From Candidatus Binataceae bacterium (GTDB lineage: Bacteria; Desulfobacterota; Binatia; Binatales; Binataceae), in contig DATGKG010000072.1 of NCBI GenBank assembly GCA_035294805.1, forward strand, positions 1 to 34,197: a stretch of DNA of 34,197 bases, given 5' to 3'. This document shows positions 16,581 through 26,009 of the stretch, one piece after another (position 1 is the first letter of the stretch; the number at the start of each line of letters is the position of its first letter). A program made the position numbers and the translations under genes. The notes beneath the pieces were generated by a model that worked only from the letters and a program-made list of their open reading frames with translations, searched no databases and was not told the origin of the DNA.

Positions 16581-17744
16581 CTATCTAAGCAGGTTCCTCG
16601 CGATCACCATCCGATGTACTTCCGATGGGCCTTCGCCGATGCGGCGGATGCGCGCCTCGCGATACCATCGCTCGAGCGGAAATTCCTTGCTCACGCCGTA
16701 GCCGCCGTGAATCTGCACCGCGCGATCGACGATGCGCCCGAGCACCTCGCTCGAATACAACTTCGCGATCGAGGCTTCGTTGCGCGAGTCCTCGCCGCGA
16801 TCGGCTTTCCATGCGCCTTCCCACGTGAGCCATCGCGCGGCGCGTAACTCTACTTCCGAATCCGCGAGCATCCACTGAATTGCCTGCCGCTTCGCGAGCA
16901 ACTCGCCAAACGTGCTGCGCGTCTTCGCATGATCGATCGCCATCCGAAGCGCGGCGACGCCCACTCCGACATTCGCCGCCGAATATGGAAAGCGCAGCCG
17001 CGTCAGTAGATCGAGGGCGAGATTTAGCCCCTGCCCTTCCGCGCCGAGGCGCTGCTCAGCCGGAATCACGCAGTCTTCGAAATGAACCTCGTTCGGCAAC
17101 GCCGCCGTACGCAGCGTTGCGAATGGACGCGCGGTGAATCCGGGCGTGCCCTTATGCACGATAAAGCAGGTGATGCCGCCGCGGCCGGCTTTCGGATCGG
17201 TGCGCGTGAAGACGACGCCCCATTCGGCCTCGTGCGCGTGCGAAATGAAAATCTTGCTGCCGTTGAGCACGTAAGTGTCGCCCTTGCGCACCGCGCGGCA
17301 CTGGATCGATCCCGCGGGATCGGAGCCGCCGCTCGGCTCGGTGATCGCGAAGAACGTGTACCACGCGTTTTTGAGCGTCGGCACGACATACTTTTGAATT
17401 TGCTCTTCGGTGCCGCCATAGATGACTGGCGGCGGATTGCGGCCGAACACGCTGGCGCCCGGATTGTAGAGCCCCATCCGATGTTGCGCCATTTCCTCCA
17501 TGAGCACGCACATATCGAATGTGCCGAGGCCGCCGCCGCCGTATTTTTTCGGCGCGCTCATGCACCACATGCCTGCGGCCTGAACTTTCTTCGCGATGCG
17601 CCAGTAGTCGTCCTCGGGAATTTCCGCGGCGTCGGGATCGAGTTTCTTTTCGAGCGGAATTATTTCGTCGCGGATGATTCGGCGGACTTGCTCGCGCAGC
17701 GCCGACAGCTCTTCCGATAATTGGAATCCGGTGCCGTTCTCCAT
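16581..17744 (-). CDS. Acyl-CoA dehydrogenase family protein
   Basis: 387 aa from MENGTGFQLSEELSALREQVRRII. Motifs FAITEPSGGSDP and QIHGGYGVSKEFPLERWYREARIRRIGEGPSEV are typical ACAD signatures. The track ORF start at 17942 adds 66 Arg/Ser-rich codons that look non-coding. Confidence 0.9.
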   Translation of the reverse strand: MENGTGFQLSEELSALREQVRRIIRDEIIPLEKKLDPDAAEIPEDDYWRIAKKVQAAGMWCMSAPKKYGGGGLGTFDMCVLMEEMAQHRMGLYNPGASVFGRNPPPVIYGGTEEQIQKYVVPTLKNAWYTFFAITEPSGGSDPAGSIQCRAVRKGDTYVLNGSKIFISHAHEAEWGVVFTRTDPKAGRGGITCFIVHKGTPGFTARPFATLRTAALPNEVHFEDCVIPAEQRLGAEGQGLNLALDLLTRLRFPYSAANVGVGVAALRMAIDHAKTRSTFGELLAKRQAIQWMLADSEVELRAARWLTWEGAWKADRGEDSRNEASIAKLYSSEVLGRIVDRAVQIHGGYGVSKEFPLERWYREARIRRIGEGPSEVHRMVIARNLLR

Positions 17745-17775
17745 GAGAGACTCTCTAGCACCGATCCACCGCAAG

Positions 17776-19653
17776 TCAGAATAGCTTGCCAGGCTTGATT
17801 TCGAATGCGCCGAGGTTTTTGCGCAGGCCGTCGAGCCAGTGCTCGCGCATCCAGTCGAGGTCGTACGAGCCCCACGTCCCTTTGAGGTTGGCATCGATGC
17901 GATGGATATGTTCGATGGCGCCGGCGATCTGCGCGATCGCACCCTGACCCAGCGTGTGCTTCACGATGCCCTGCTCCTGCTGCGCGCGAAGGTAATCGCC
18001 GATGCCGCTCATCACCTCGAAGCTGTAGCTCCAAAGTTCTTCCTCCGCACCCGCCAGCGCGTCGCCATGCTTCTCCTTCGCGTGGCGCGCGATCTCCACC
18101 GCATGCTCGAACTGCGTGAACGCCTTCACGATTTGCGGCTTCTTCGCCGCCGCCTGTTCCGGCTTCATCTTGTAGGGGCACATCACGTCGGCGTAGTCGA
18201 GTACCATCGCGGCCGCCTTCTCGACCGCGCGATATGCCTTGCCGAGCGCGTCGGCCGCTTTCGGATGCCGATTCGCGGCGCAATCCTCAACGACGCCGCT
18301 CACGCTGAACTTCGGCTCGCGCGTGCCGCGCACAAACGCCTCGAGGTTTACCGGGTACGCGAGCGCGCTGTAGGCGCCAAAGGTCAGATTCGAAATGCTG
18401 TCGATGCCGAGTCCTTTGTATGCGCGCAAATCACGTCCGATCACCCCGGGCGTCGCGAAGCCGAGGCCGCCGAACAAAATCGCGTCTGCATAGTACTCGA
18501 AGACGTGGCCGCGTCCCTCAAATATCTCGAGGTAGCGTTTCAACGACTCGAAGTAGCGCGGATTGATTGTGCAGTCGGGGTCGTCGATCGCATGGATGTA
18601 GCATCGTTCGCGCGGCGCCCATTCGAACCACACATTTGGGAGCGGGCGCAGTTTGCGATCGGGATCGACGGTGTCGTGATAGGCGAGATAGGCGACCGGA
18701 ACTCCGGCGTTCTCATATGCCGCCGCGACGGCGTTGACGATTTTCATATATTGCAGCTGCGGCGAAAGCTTCTTGCAGTTCGCGCATCTACACCACGCAC
18801 CATCCCGAACGTCGGCGCCCCAGATGTGCAGCAATTCGCTTTCGGGATATTCGCGCACATAGTTCAGCGCGCCCTCGCACGCCAGCCGGACCGCATCGGC
18901 ATTCGAGACGCATAGATTTCCCTTTGGCGTCCGCGAGCCATCTTTCGTCGCGGGAAACCATTCCGGATGCAACTCGAACTGGTCGCGCGGCATCAGGATT
19001 TGCAGCACGTGCCCGCCATACTCGACGCCGATGCCGTGAGATTTATAGAGAGGCGTCAGCTCGTCAATCCGCTGCACCGTGTCGTGCGGATGGCGGATGT
19101 ACTCGAATGCGTTGATGCCTCGACGCGCCATCCACGGAATGAATTCGCGATCGAATTTGAGATGCTGCGCGAGACGGTCCGGATAGGTGTAGTTCCACGT
19201 CAGGATGTCCGACGCCATCGCGCGCCGCTTGAACGCGGGCGTAACGCTATACGGCTTCATCGTCGCAAGCGTATCGCGTGGAGCTTTAGGAAAATTGCCG
19301 GGCGCGCCGGGGACGAAGCTGGCGCCGAGGCGTTCCATCAGGTCATACGAGGCGTGCAGAAGTCCGCGCTCGCTGCCTGCCTGGATCGCGAGAGAACCTT
19401 TATCGGGATGCGATATCTCAAAGCCGTCGTCGGTGAGCTTGTTGAGCGCGAGATTCGCGGGAGCATCGGCGCCGGAGGATATGATGATTGCCCGCGCGTC
19501 GATGGACGGGTCAGATGAGGCCGACGCATCGGCGGCGAGCATCTTCGCCAGCCCATCGGCCAGCTCGCGCGCGGCAATCGCTGCGACCTCGCCCACCTCA
19601 GCGCTATATCTAATGTCGAGTTTAGAACTTCGCCCGCCGGCTTTCTTCGCCAT
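17776..19653 (-). CDS. DUF4838-like protein (glycoside-hydrolase-20-like fold family), no signal peptide
   Basis: 625 aa from MAKKAGGRSS, with GGAGG immediately upstream of the ATG at 19653. The central segment GNLCVSNADAVRLACEGALNYVREYPESELLHIWGADVRDGAWCRCANCKKLSPQLQY resembles the conserved core of DUF4838 proteins as I remember them. Confidence 0.55.
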   Translation of the reverse strand: MAKKAGGRSSKLDIRYSAEVGEVAAIAARELADGLAKMLAADASASSDPSIDARAIIISSGADAPANLALNKLTDDGFEISHPDKGSLAIQAGSERGLLHASYDLMERLGASFVPGAPGNFPKAPRDTLATMKPYSVTPAFKRRAMASDILTWNYTYPDRLAQHLKFDREFIPWMARRGINAFEYIRHPHDTVQRIDELTPLYKSHGIGVEYGGHVLQILMPRDQFELHPEWFPATKDGSRTPKGNLCVSNADAVRLACEGALNYVREYPESELLHIWGADVRDGAWCRCANCKKLSPQLQYMKIVNAVAAAYENAGVPVAYLAYHDTVDPDRKLRPLPNVWFEWAPRERCYIHAIDDPDCTINPRYFESLKRYLEIFEGRGHVFEYYADAILFGGLGFATPGVIGRDLRAYKGLGIDSISNLTFGAYSALAYPVNLEAFVRGTREPKFSVSGVVEDCAANRHPKAADALGKAYRAVEKAAAMVLDYADVMCPYKMKPEQAAAKKPQIVKAFTQFEHAVEIARHAKEKHGDALAGAEEELWSYSFEVMSGIGDYLRAQQEQGIVKHTLGQGAIAQIAGAIEHIHRIDANLKGTWGSYDLDWMREHWLDGLRKNLGAFEIKPGKLF

Positions 19654-19779
19654 CCTCCGCTTCCCCTCGTTGGTCCGTTTTTCCGCTCCCCGCAAGATGA
19701 TAACATAGAGCATTCATTTGATAAGCGCCGACCATATGACCGGGAGTTGAAATTCCCGCGAGCTTGTCGGCGCGCACCA

Positions 19780-20829
19780 ATGCCAAGTCCCAACGAAATC
19801 CTCACCGAACTGAAGAAGGTCAAATACCCGGGCTTCACGCGCGATATCGTGTCGTTCGGCATCGTTAAGGATATCGAGGTCGGATATTCCGGCGTCACCG
19901 TATCGCTGACCATCCAATCCGCGAAGCCCGAGGTCGTCACGCGCATCGTCGAGGACATCAAGACGACGGTCGCCGCGATGCCCGGCGTCCCGAGCGTCAA
20001 GGTGGACGTCGAACAGCCCGCGCCCGCGCAGCCTAGGGCCGCGATGGCCGGCCGCCGCAACATCGAGGGTGTCAATCACATCGTCGCGGTCGCAAGCGGC
20101 AAGGGCGGCGTCGGCAAATCCACCGTCGCGGTAAACCTCGCGCTCGCGATGAAGGCGCTCGGATGGCGCGTCGGGTTGATGGACGCCGACGTATACGGCC
20201 CCAGCGTCGCGATGATGGTCGGCGCCGAGGGTAAGGTAAACCTTACTCCGGAGCGGAAAATCATACCGCTTGAAAGATATGGCATCCGCTACGTCTCAAT
20301 GGCCTTTTTCGTCGCTGATGAGCAAGCGGTGGTCTGGCGCGGCCCGATGGTAACCAAACTCGAGACGGAATTTCTCTTCAACGTCGAATGGGGCGAACTC
20401 GATTGCCTCATCCTCGATTTGCCGCCCGGCACCGGCGACGCGCAGCTCACCATCACGCAGCGCGTCAATCTCGACGGCGGCGTCATCGTCACGACGCCGC
20501 AAGAGATCGCGCTGATCGACGTGCGCCGCGGCGTGCAAATGTTCAATGAAGTGAACGTCCCGGTCCTCGGCGTGATCGAGAACATGAGCTATTACGTTTG
20601 CGGCAAGTGCAACAAACGTCACGAGATCTTCTCGCATGGCGGCGGCGCGCGCCTGGCGGAAACGCTCGAAGTTCCGTTCCTCGGCGAGTTGCCAATCACG
20701 CGCGAGCTGCGCGAGGGTGGTGATACCGCGATGCCGCTGGTAGCCGTGAATCCCGCGCATCCGGTGACCGCGGCGTTCAAAGCAGTCGCGGCGAAGATCA
20801 TCGAAAGACTGGAGGAGCACACCACCTGA
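19780..20829 (+). CDS. apbC: Fe-S cluster carrier ATPase Mrp/ApbC/NBP35 family with an N-terminal DUF59 domain
   Basis: DUF59-like N-terminus (ILTELKKVKYPGFTRDIVSFGIVKDI). Deviant Walker A VASGKGGVGKST. CxxC motif YYVCGKCNKRH. Start ATG 19780; an alternative TTG is at 19747. Confidence 0.9.
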   Translation: MPSPNEILTELKKVKYPGFTRDIVSFGIVKDIEVGYSGVTVSLTIQSAKPEVVTRIVEDIKTTVAAMPGVPSVKVDVEQPAPAQPRAAMAGRRNIEGVNHIVAVASGKGGVGKSTVAVNLALAMKALGWRVGLMDADVYGPSVAMMVGAEGKVNLTPERKIIPLERYGIRYVSMAFFVADEQAVVWRGPMVTKLETEFLFNVEWGELDCLILDLPPGTGDAQLTITQRVNLDGGVIVTTPQEIALIDVRRGVQMFNEVNVPVLGVIENMSYYVCGKCNKRHEIFSHGGGARLAETLEVPFLGELPITRELREGGDTAMPLVAVNPAHPVTAAFKAVAAKIIERLEEHTT

Positions 20830-21575
20830 TGGCGTTCGCGGTCTTCGACGTCGAGACCCGAGTCGACAAACACCTGCTCAACCAGGTCTACTTCGAAGGT
20901 CAAGGGCTAAGCGATAGCGATGCTTTCGAGCATTACCGCGAAGACCTGCGCCGCCGCCGCGACAGCGATTTTTTCCCGCTCACGCTGCATCTGCCGATAT
21001 CGATCGCGATCGGCAACGTCGGCGACGACTACGTGCTGCGAGCGGTCGAGACCCTCGCGCTCGGTGACTACTCCGAAGAAAAACTGGTGCGCGAATTCTG
21101 GACACGCGCGGAGCGCTTCGCGGGCACGCTGGTCAGTTTCAATGGACGCCGCTTCGACATTCCGGTACTGGAGCTGGCGGCGTTGCGCCACGGCATCGGG
21201 GCGCCGGCACACTTCGGCGACGAAAGCCTTGCGCGCAACCGCTATTCAGCGGTGCGCCATTTCGATCTCTACGACTATCTGACCAACTTCGGCGCGGTAT
21301 CGCTCACGGGCGGCATGGACCTGCTGCTCAAGATGCTCGGCCTGCCAGGCAAGACCGGCATGGACGGCTCGATGGTGCAGGAGTATTTCGAGAACGGCCG
21401 CCTCGACGAGATTCATCGCTACTGCCGCAACGATGTAGTGCAAACCTACTTTCTGTTCCTGCGCGTGGCGCTGATGCGCGGCGACATCGACGAGGAGACC
21501 TATCGGAAGGCAGCTGAAGAATCGAAACATTTTCTGCTCGAAGAAGTAGCTCCTCCGAGCAAGAAAATCGCATGA
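20829..21575 (+). CDS. Predicted 3'-5' exonuclease, PolB-exonuclease-like (DEDDy, RNase H-like fold)
   Basis: 248-aa ORF. Exo I FAVFDVET (DxE), Exo II SFNGRRFDIPVL, Exo III HRYCRNDV (YxxxD). TGATG overlap with mrp at 20827..20831. Confidence 0.75.
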   Translation: MAFAVFDVETRVDKHLLNQVYFEGQGLSDSDAFEHYREDLRRRRDSDFFPLTLHLPISIAIGNVGDDYVLRAVETLALGDYSEEKLVREFWTRAERFAGTLVSFNGRRFDIPVLELAALRHGIGAPAHFGDESLARNRYSAVRHFDLYDYLTNFGAVSLTGGMDLLLKMLGLPGKTGMDGSMVQEYFENGRLDEIHRYCRNDVVQTYFLFLRVALMRGDIDEETYRKAAEESKHFLLEEVAPPSKKIA

Positions 21576-22330
21576 CGGCTGAACCAAAGATCTCGCTCAT
21601 CGTGATCTCACGCGACGAGGAAGAGCACATCGGTCAGTGCCTCCGCAGCGCGTGGTTCTGCGACGAGAAGATTCTCGTCGATTCGTTCTCGACCGATCGG
21701 ACGGTGGAAATCGCAAAGGACCTCGGCGCCATCGTCTTCCAGCATGAGTTCACCAACTACGTCATGCAGAAGCAGATGGCGCTTGACCGCGCGACCGGCG
21801 ATTGGGTGCTGCTGATGGATTCCGACGAGCAGGCGACCCACGACCTCGGCGAAGAGATTTTAGCAGCGGTGCGCGCGCCCAATCTGTGCGACGGCTATCG
21901 CATCCGGCGCATCCTCTATCATCTCGGACACTACTATCCGTATGGAATTTATCCCGACAATCCGGTGCGTCTGTTTCGCCGCGAGCGCGGCCGTATCGGT
22001 GGACGCGATCCGCACGACAAGGTTGTCGTCAACGGAAGCATCGGCAAGCTTGCGCATCCGATCCTGCACTTCAGCTATCGCGACGTCGCAGATCACGTCG
22101 CGACGATAAATCGCTTCTCGACCCGCGGCGCAGTGGAGCAACAGCCGACCATCTTCACGCCGGTCCAGATGCTCACCAATCCGATGTGGCGATTTTTTAA
22201 CTTCTACATCGTGCGCGGCGGCTTTCGCGACGGCGGCCGCGGACTGTACGCGGCTATGACCGCTGCTTTCTATGTGTTCCTGAAATACGCCAAATTGTAT
22301 GAACGCAAACTCAAGTTGCGCCGCCTCTGA
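21572..22330 (+). CDS. Family 2 glycosyltransferase (small LPS-core KdtX/WaaE-like type)
   Basis: 252-aa ORF. ISLIVISRDEEEHIGQCL N-terminus, LLMDSDE (DxD-type) motif and a C-terminal amphipathic/hydrophobic tail. ATGA overlap with the exonuclease gene. Confidence 0.8.
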   Translation: MTAEPKISLIVISRDEEEHIGQCLRSAWFCDEKILVDSFSTDRTVEIAKDLGAIVFQHEFTNYVMQKQMALDRATGDWVLLMDSDEQATHDLGEEILAAVRAPNLCDGYRIRRILYHLGHYYPYGIYPDNPVRLFRRERGRIGGRDPHDKVVVNGSIGKLAHPILHFSYRDVADHVATINRFSTRGAVEQQPTIFTPVQMLTNPMWRFFNFYIVRGGFRDGGRGLYAAMTAAFYVFLKYAKLYERKLKLRRL

Positions 22331-22407
22331 GTCGCATCATTGACCGTTTTTCGGGCATGGGTTCACTTCAAATCCTCGTCCCAAGCGAATAACTTAGGCG
22401 CTGCCCC

Positions 22408-24162
22408 ATGAAACGATTGTTCAGCTACATGCGCCGTCATTGGCTGACCTACGCCTTCGGCATCTTCGCGACTTTTCTGACGGCCACCTTCTACAATTTC
22501 GTTCCGCTGCTGACGCGCGACGCCATCAACGCCGCGCAGTCGGGCCATCGCACCGCGCTTGGGCACTATGCCGAACTAATCGCACTGGTCGCGGTCGTGA
22601 TGGGCACCGCGCGATGGATCTCGCGCTTCGTCATCTTCAATATCGGGCGCGACGTCGAATACGAAATCCGCAACGACCTTTTCGAGCATCTGGCGCGGAT
22701 CGGCCCCGATTTCTATCAGCGCCTGCGCACCGGCGATCTGATGTCGCGGATGGTCAACGACATCACCGCGCTCCGTCTGCTGGTCGGGATGGGCGTGCTG
22801 ATGCTGACCAACACGCCGGTGTACTTCGTCTACGCGCTCATCTTCATGACCTATCTCAACCGTCAGCTCACCGTCGCCGCGATCATCCCGGCGATCCTGC
22901 TGCTGTTCGGAGTTCGCCGGCTCACGCGCGCGCTGATGGAGCGGAGCCTCAAGGTTCAGCAGGAACTCGGCAACATCGGCGCAAAGGTGCAGGAGAGCCT
23001 TGCCGGAATTCACGTCGTGAAGGCCTACACGCTCGAGGACCACGAGGCGAAGCGCTTTCGTGCATTGAATGACGAGTACAACGAGCAGGGGCTTGCGCTC
23101 GCTCGCACGCGCGGCGGACTTTTCCCCATGATTCGCGCGGCGGCGGCGACCTCGACGATGATCGTCCTGATATACGGCGGTCATCTGGTCATGAGCGGTG
23201 CGATGTCGATCGGCGACCTGATGGCGTTCATGCTGTACGTGACGCAGCTGGCGTTTCAGGCGACCTCATTCGGATGGGTGCTGTCGATTTACCAGCGCGG
23301 CAAGGCCGCGATGAAGCGCATCGACGAAATTTTCAATGAAACTGAACAGCAAACCGTCGCCGGACCGGAGGAACGTCTCGAGATTGACGGTGCGATCGAA
23401 TGGCAGAACGTGTCGTTCAGCTATTTCGCATCGAACGGCAACGGCAAGCTTCACGAGCGCCCGCCCTACGGGCTGCAAAACATCAATGTGAAAGTCACCG
23501 CCGGGGAAAAGCTCGCGATCGTTGGGCGCACCGGCTCTGGCAAATCCACGATGATCAAGTTGCTCGGACGGCTGATCGAGCCGACCGACGGACGCGTGCT
23601 GCTCGACGGGCGCGACATCCGCGAGATTCCGATTCGCGCGCTGCGTCGCACGATCGGCGTGGTGCCACAGGAGCCGACGCTGTTCTCCGATACCCTCGCG
23701 CGCAATGTCGCATTCGGCGCGCCAAACGCGGACCGCAACGAAATCGAACACGCAGCGGAAGTCGCGGGCCTCGCGCCCGATGTCGCGATGCTACCGCGCG
23801 GCTTCGACACGATAGTTGGTGAGCGTGGCATGTCGCTCTCGGGCGGACAGAAGCAGCGTGTCACCATCGCGCGCCTGCTCACCTATCATCCGTCGGTGGT
23901 CGTCCTCGATGACGCGCTCTCAAGCGTCGATACCGAGACTGAGCGCGCGGTGCTGCACAACCTCAGCGACAGCGTGCAGGGCCGCACGACGATCGTGGTC
24001 GCCCATCGCGCGTCGACCGTGCGTGACGCCGACGAGATCATCGTGCTCGAAGAAGGACGCATCGCGGAGCGCGGCACGCATGAAGGCTTGATGGCGCAAC
24101 GCGGAATTTACGCCGAACTATTTCATCGCCAACTGCTCGAGGAAGAGCTGGCGGGATACTGA
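22408..24162 (+). CDS. ABC exporter half-transporter (TMD-NBD), subunit carrying the degenerate Walker B
   Basis: 584-aa ORF with a six-helix TMD followed by an NBD. Walker A GRTGSGKST, canonical signature LSGGQKQR, Walker B VVVLDD with Asp (23911..23913) where the catalytic Glu is expected, H-loop VAHR. Confidence 0.9.
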   Translation: MKRLFSYMRRHWLTYAFGIFATFLTATFYNFVPLLTRDAINAAQSGHRTALGHYAELIALVAVVMGTARWISRFVIFNIGRDVEYEIRNDLFEHLARIGPDFYQRLRTGDLMSRMVNDITALRLLVGMGVLMLTNTPVYFVYALIFMTYLNRQLTVAAIIPAILLLFGVRRLTRALMERSLKVQQELGNIGAKVQESLAGIHVVKAYTLEDHEAKRFRALNDEYNEQGLALARTRGGLFPMIRAAAATSTMIVLIYGGHLVMSGAMSIGDLMAFMLYVTQLAFQATSFGWVLSIYQRGKAAMKRIDEIFNETEQQTVAGPEERLEIDGAIEWQNVSFSYFASNGNGKLHERPPYGLQNINVKVTAGEKLAIVGRTGSGKSTMIKLLGRLIEPTDGRVLLDGRDIREIPIRALRRTIGVVPQEPTLFSDTLARNVAFGAPNADRNEIEHAAEVAGLAPDVAMLPRGFDTIVGERGMSLSGGQKQRVTIARLLTYHPSVVVLDDALSSVDTETERAVLHNLSDSVQGRTTIVVAHRASTVRDADEIIVLEEGRIAERGTHEGLMAQRGIYAELFHRQLLEEELAGY

Positions 24163-26006
24163 TGGTCCACGAAGAGCAGCCAGAGCGCGAAGTCAACGCG
24201 TACGATTCCCACCTCATCCGATGGGTATGGCAATTCGTAAAACCGTACCAGCATCTGTTCTGGATTTCCGCGCTGCTGATGCCGCTCAACTCCGCCTTCG
24301 CGCTCGCGCAGCCCTACATCGTCAAGCTCACCATCGACACGTTCCTCGCGCATCGTAAGGTGGCGCCGCCCCATTGGCTCGCGCCGCTCCTCGCGCGCGG
24401 CGGCGCGGGGCACGGATTGATCGTGATGGCGGCGCTTTATCTGGCACTGGTGCTCGGCGAGTTCGCGACTTTCTACGGACAGTTCTATCTGACGATGATG
24501 GTCGCCCAGTATAGTCTCTCCGATCTGCGCCTCGCGCTGTTTAAGCATGTCGAGAAACTTCCGATGGCGTTCTTCGATCGCACGCCGATCGGAAGACTGG
24601 TGAGCCGCATCAGCACCGACATCGACGCCATCAACGATATGTTCGCGTCCGGCTCGCTGACGATTTTTATCGACTTCCTCACACTCACCGGCATCGCAGT
24701 GATCATGTTCATGCTCAATCCGCGCCTCGCGATGTACGCGTTACTGTCAATCCCACCGTTGTTTCTGATCATCAATTTTTTCCGCGTTCGCGCTCGCCTG
24801 GTATATCGCGAGATTCGCGATCGTCTGGCCGCGGTCAACGCGTATCTCTCTGAATCGATCAACGGGATGGCCGTCATCCAGCTCTTCACGCGCGAGGACA
24901 CGAGCCAGCGCGAATTCGACGTGCTTAACCGCAAGAGCCGCGACGTACAGATGCTGGCAAACATTTACGAAGCCGGCCTGTTCTCGTCAGTCGAGTCGCT
25001 CAGCGCGATCACCGTCGCAGTCATCTTATGGTTCGGCGGCGGCGACGTGATTCGCCAGGTCATCAGCATCGGCACGCTGGTCGCGTTCATCGATTACGCG
25101 CAGCGCTTCTTCGGACCTCTGCGCGAAATTTCCAACAAGTACACGACGCTGCAATCTGCGCTGGCGGCGGTGGACAAGATCGAACGCCTGATGCTTGAGC
25201 CCGTGACGATCGCGAGTCCGGCCAAACCGAAGAGCGCCGCGGCGCGTGGCGGATCCGTGGTCTTCGAGCATGTCAATTTCGAGTATCGCAAGGGCGAACC
25301 GGTGCTGCGCGATTTGAGCTTCAGCGTCGATCCGGGACAGAAAACCGCGATCGTCGGTCCCACCGGCTCCGGCAAGACCACCATCATGAAGCTGCTCAAC
25401 CGCTTTTATGATGTGACCTCGGGACGGATTCTGGTCGATGGCGTCGATGTTCGCGAATGGGACCTCACCGCGCTGCGGCGCGCGATCGGCCTCGTGCAGC
25501 AGGACGTGTTCCTGTTCGCCGGCGACATTATGGAAAATGTTCGGCTCGGGCGCGCCGATCTTTCCCAAGACGAAGTTCGCCAGGCGCTCGCGCGCTCGCA
25601 GGCGCTGCGCTTCGTCGAGCGGCTGCCCGCGGGTCTTTCGCAGCAGATCAGCGAGCGTGGCGCGAATTTATCGTCCGGACAGCGGCAGCTTTTGTCGTTC
25701 GCACGCGCACTCGCGTATGATCCGAAAATCCTCGTGATGGACGAAGCAACTTCGAGCGTCGACAGCGAGACCGAACGCCTCATTCAAATGGCGTTGAACG
25801 AATTGCTCACCGATCGCACTGCACTCGTGATCGCGCATCGCCTTTCGACGATCGAGCGCGCCGATCGAATCATGGTGCTCGCCGGCGGAATGCTGCGCGA
25901 GAGCGGCACCCACGATGAGCTGCTCAAGTTGCGAGGTCTCTACTACCGGCTTTTCGAATTGCAATACGCCACCATCGCGGAGCCTGCGCGCGAGGCCGTG
26001 GACTGA
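24162..26006 (+). CDS. ABC exporter half-transporter (TMD-NBD), subunit with the consensus Walker B and a deviant signature
   Basis: 614-aa ORF. Walker A GPTGSGKTT, signature LSSGQ (25668..25682) instead of LSGGQ, Walker B ILVMDE, H-loop IAHR. TGATG overlap with the upstream ABC gene. Confidence 0.9.
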   Translation: MVHEEQPEREVNAYDSHLIRWVWQFVKPYQHLFWISALLMPLNSAFALAQPYIVKLTIDTFLAHRKVAPPHWLAPLLARGGAGHGLIVMAALYLALVLGEFATFYGQFYLTMMVAQYSLSDLRLALFKHVEKLPMAFFDRTPIGRLVSRISTDIDAINDMFASGSLTIFIDFLTLTGIAVIMFMLNPRLAMYALLSIPPLFLIINFFRVRARLVYREIRDRLAAVNAYLSESINGMAVIQLFTREDTSQREFDVLNRKSRDVQMLANIYEAGLFSSVESLSAITVAVILWFGGGDVIRQVISIGTLVAFIDYAQRFFGPLREISNKYTTLQSALAAVDKIERLMLEPVTIASPAKPKSAAARGGSVVFEHVNFEYRKGEPVLRDLSFSVDPGQKTAIVGPTGSGKTTIMKLLNRFYDVTSGRILVDGVDVREWDLTALRRAIGLVQQDVFLFAGDIMENVRLGRADLSQDEVRQALARSQALRFVERLPAGLSQQISERGANLSSGQRQLLSFARALAYDPKILVMDEATSSVDSETERLIQMALNELLTDRTALVIAHRLSTIERADRIMVLAGGMLRESGTHDELLKLRGLYYRLFELQYATIAEPAREAVD

Positions 26007-26009
26007 CGC

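Noticed and set aside
17745-17942. Upstream extensions of track ORFs (ACAD to 17942, CoA-transferase to 15054, LamG-like to 12537, DUF4838-like to 19713)
   Set aside because: Family-typical N-termini with RBS-like sequences lie at internal ATGs (17744, 14985, 12654, 19653). The extensions have atypical composition.
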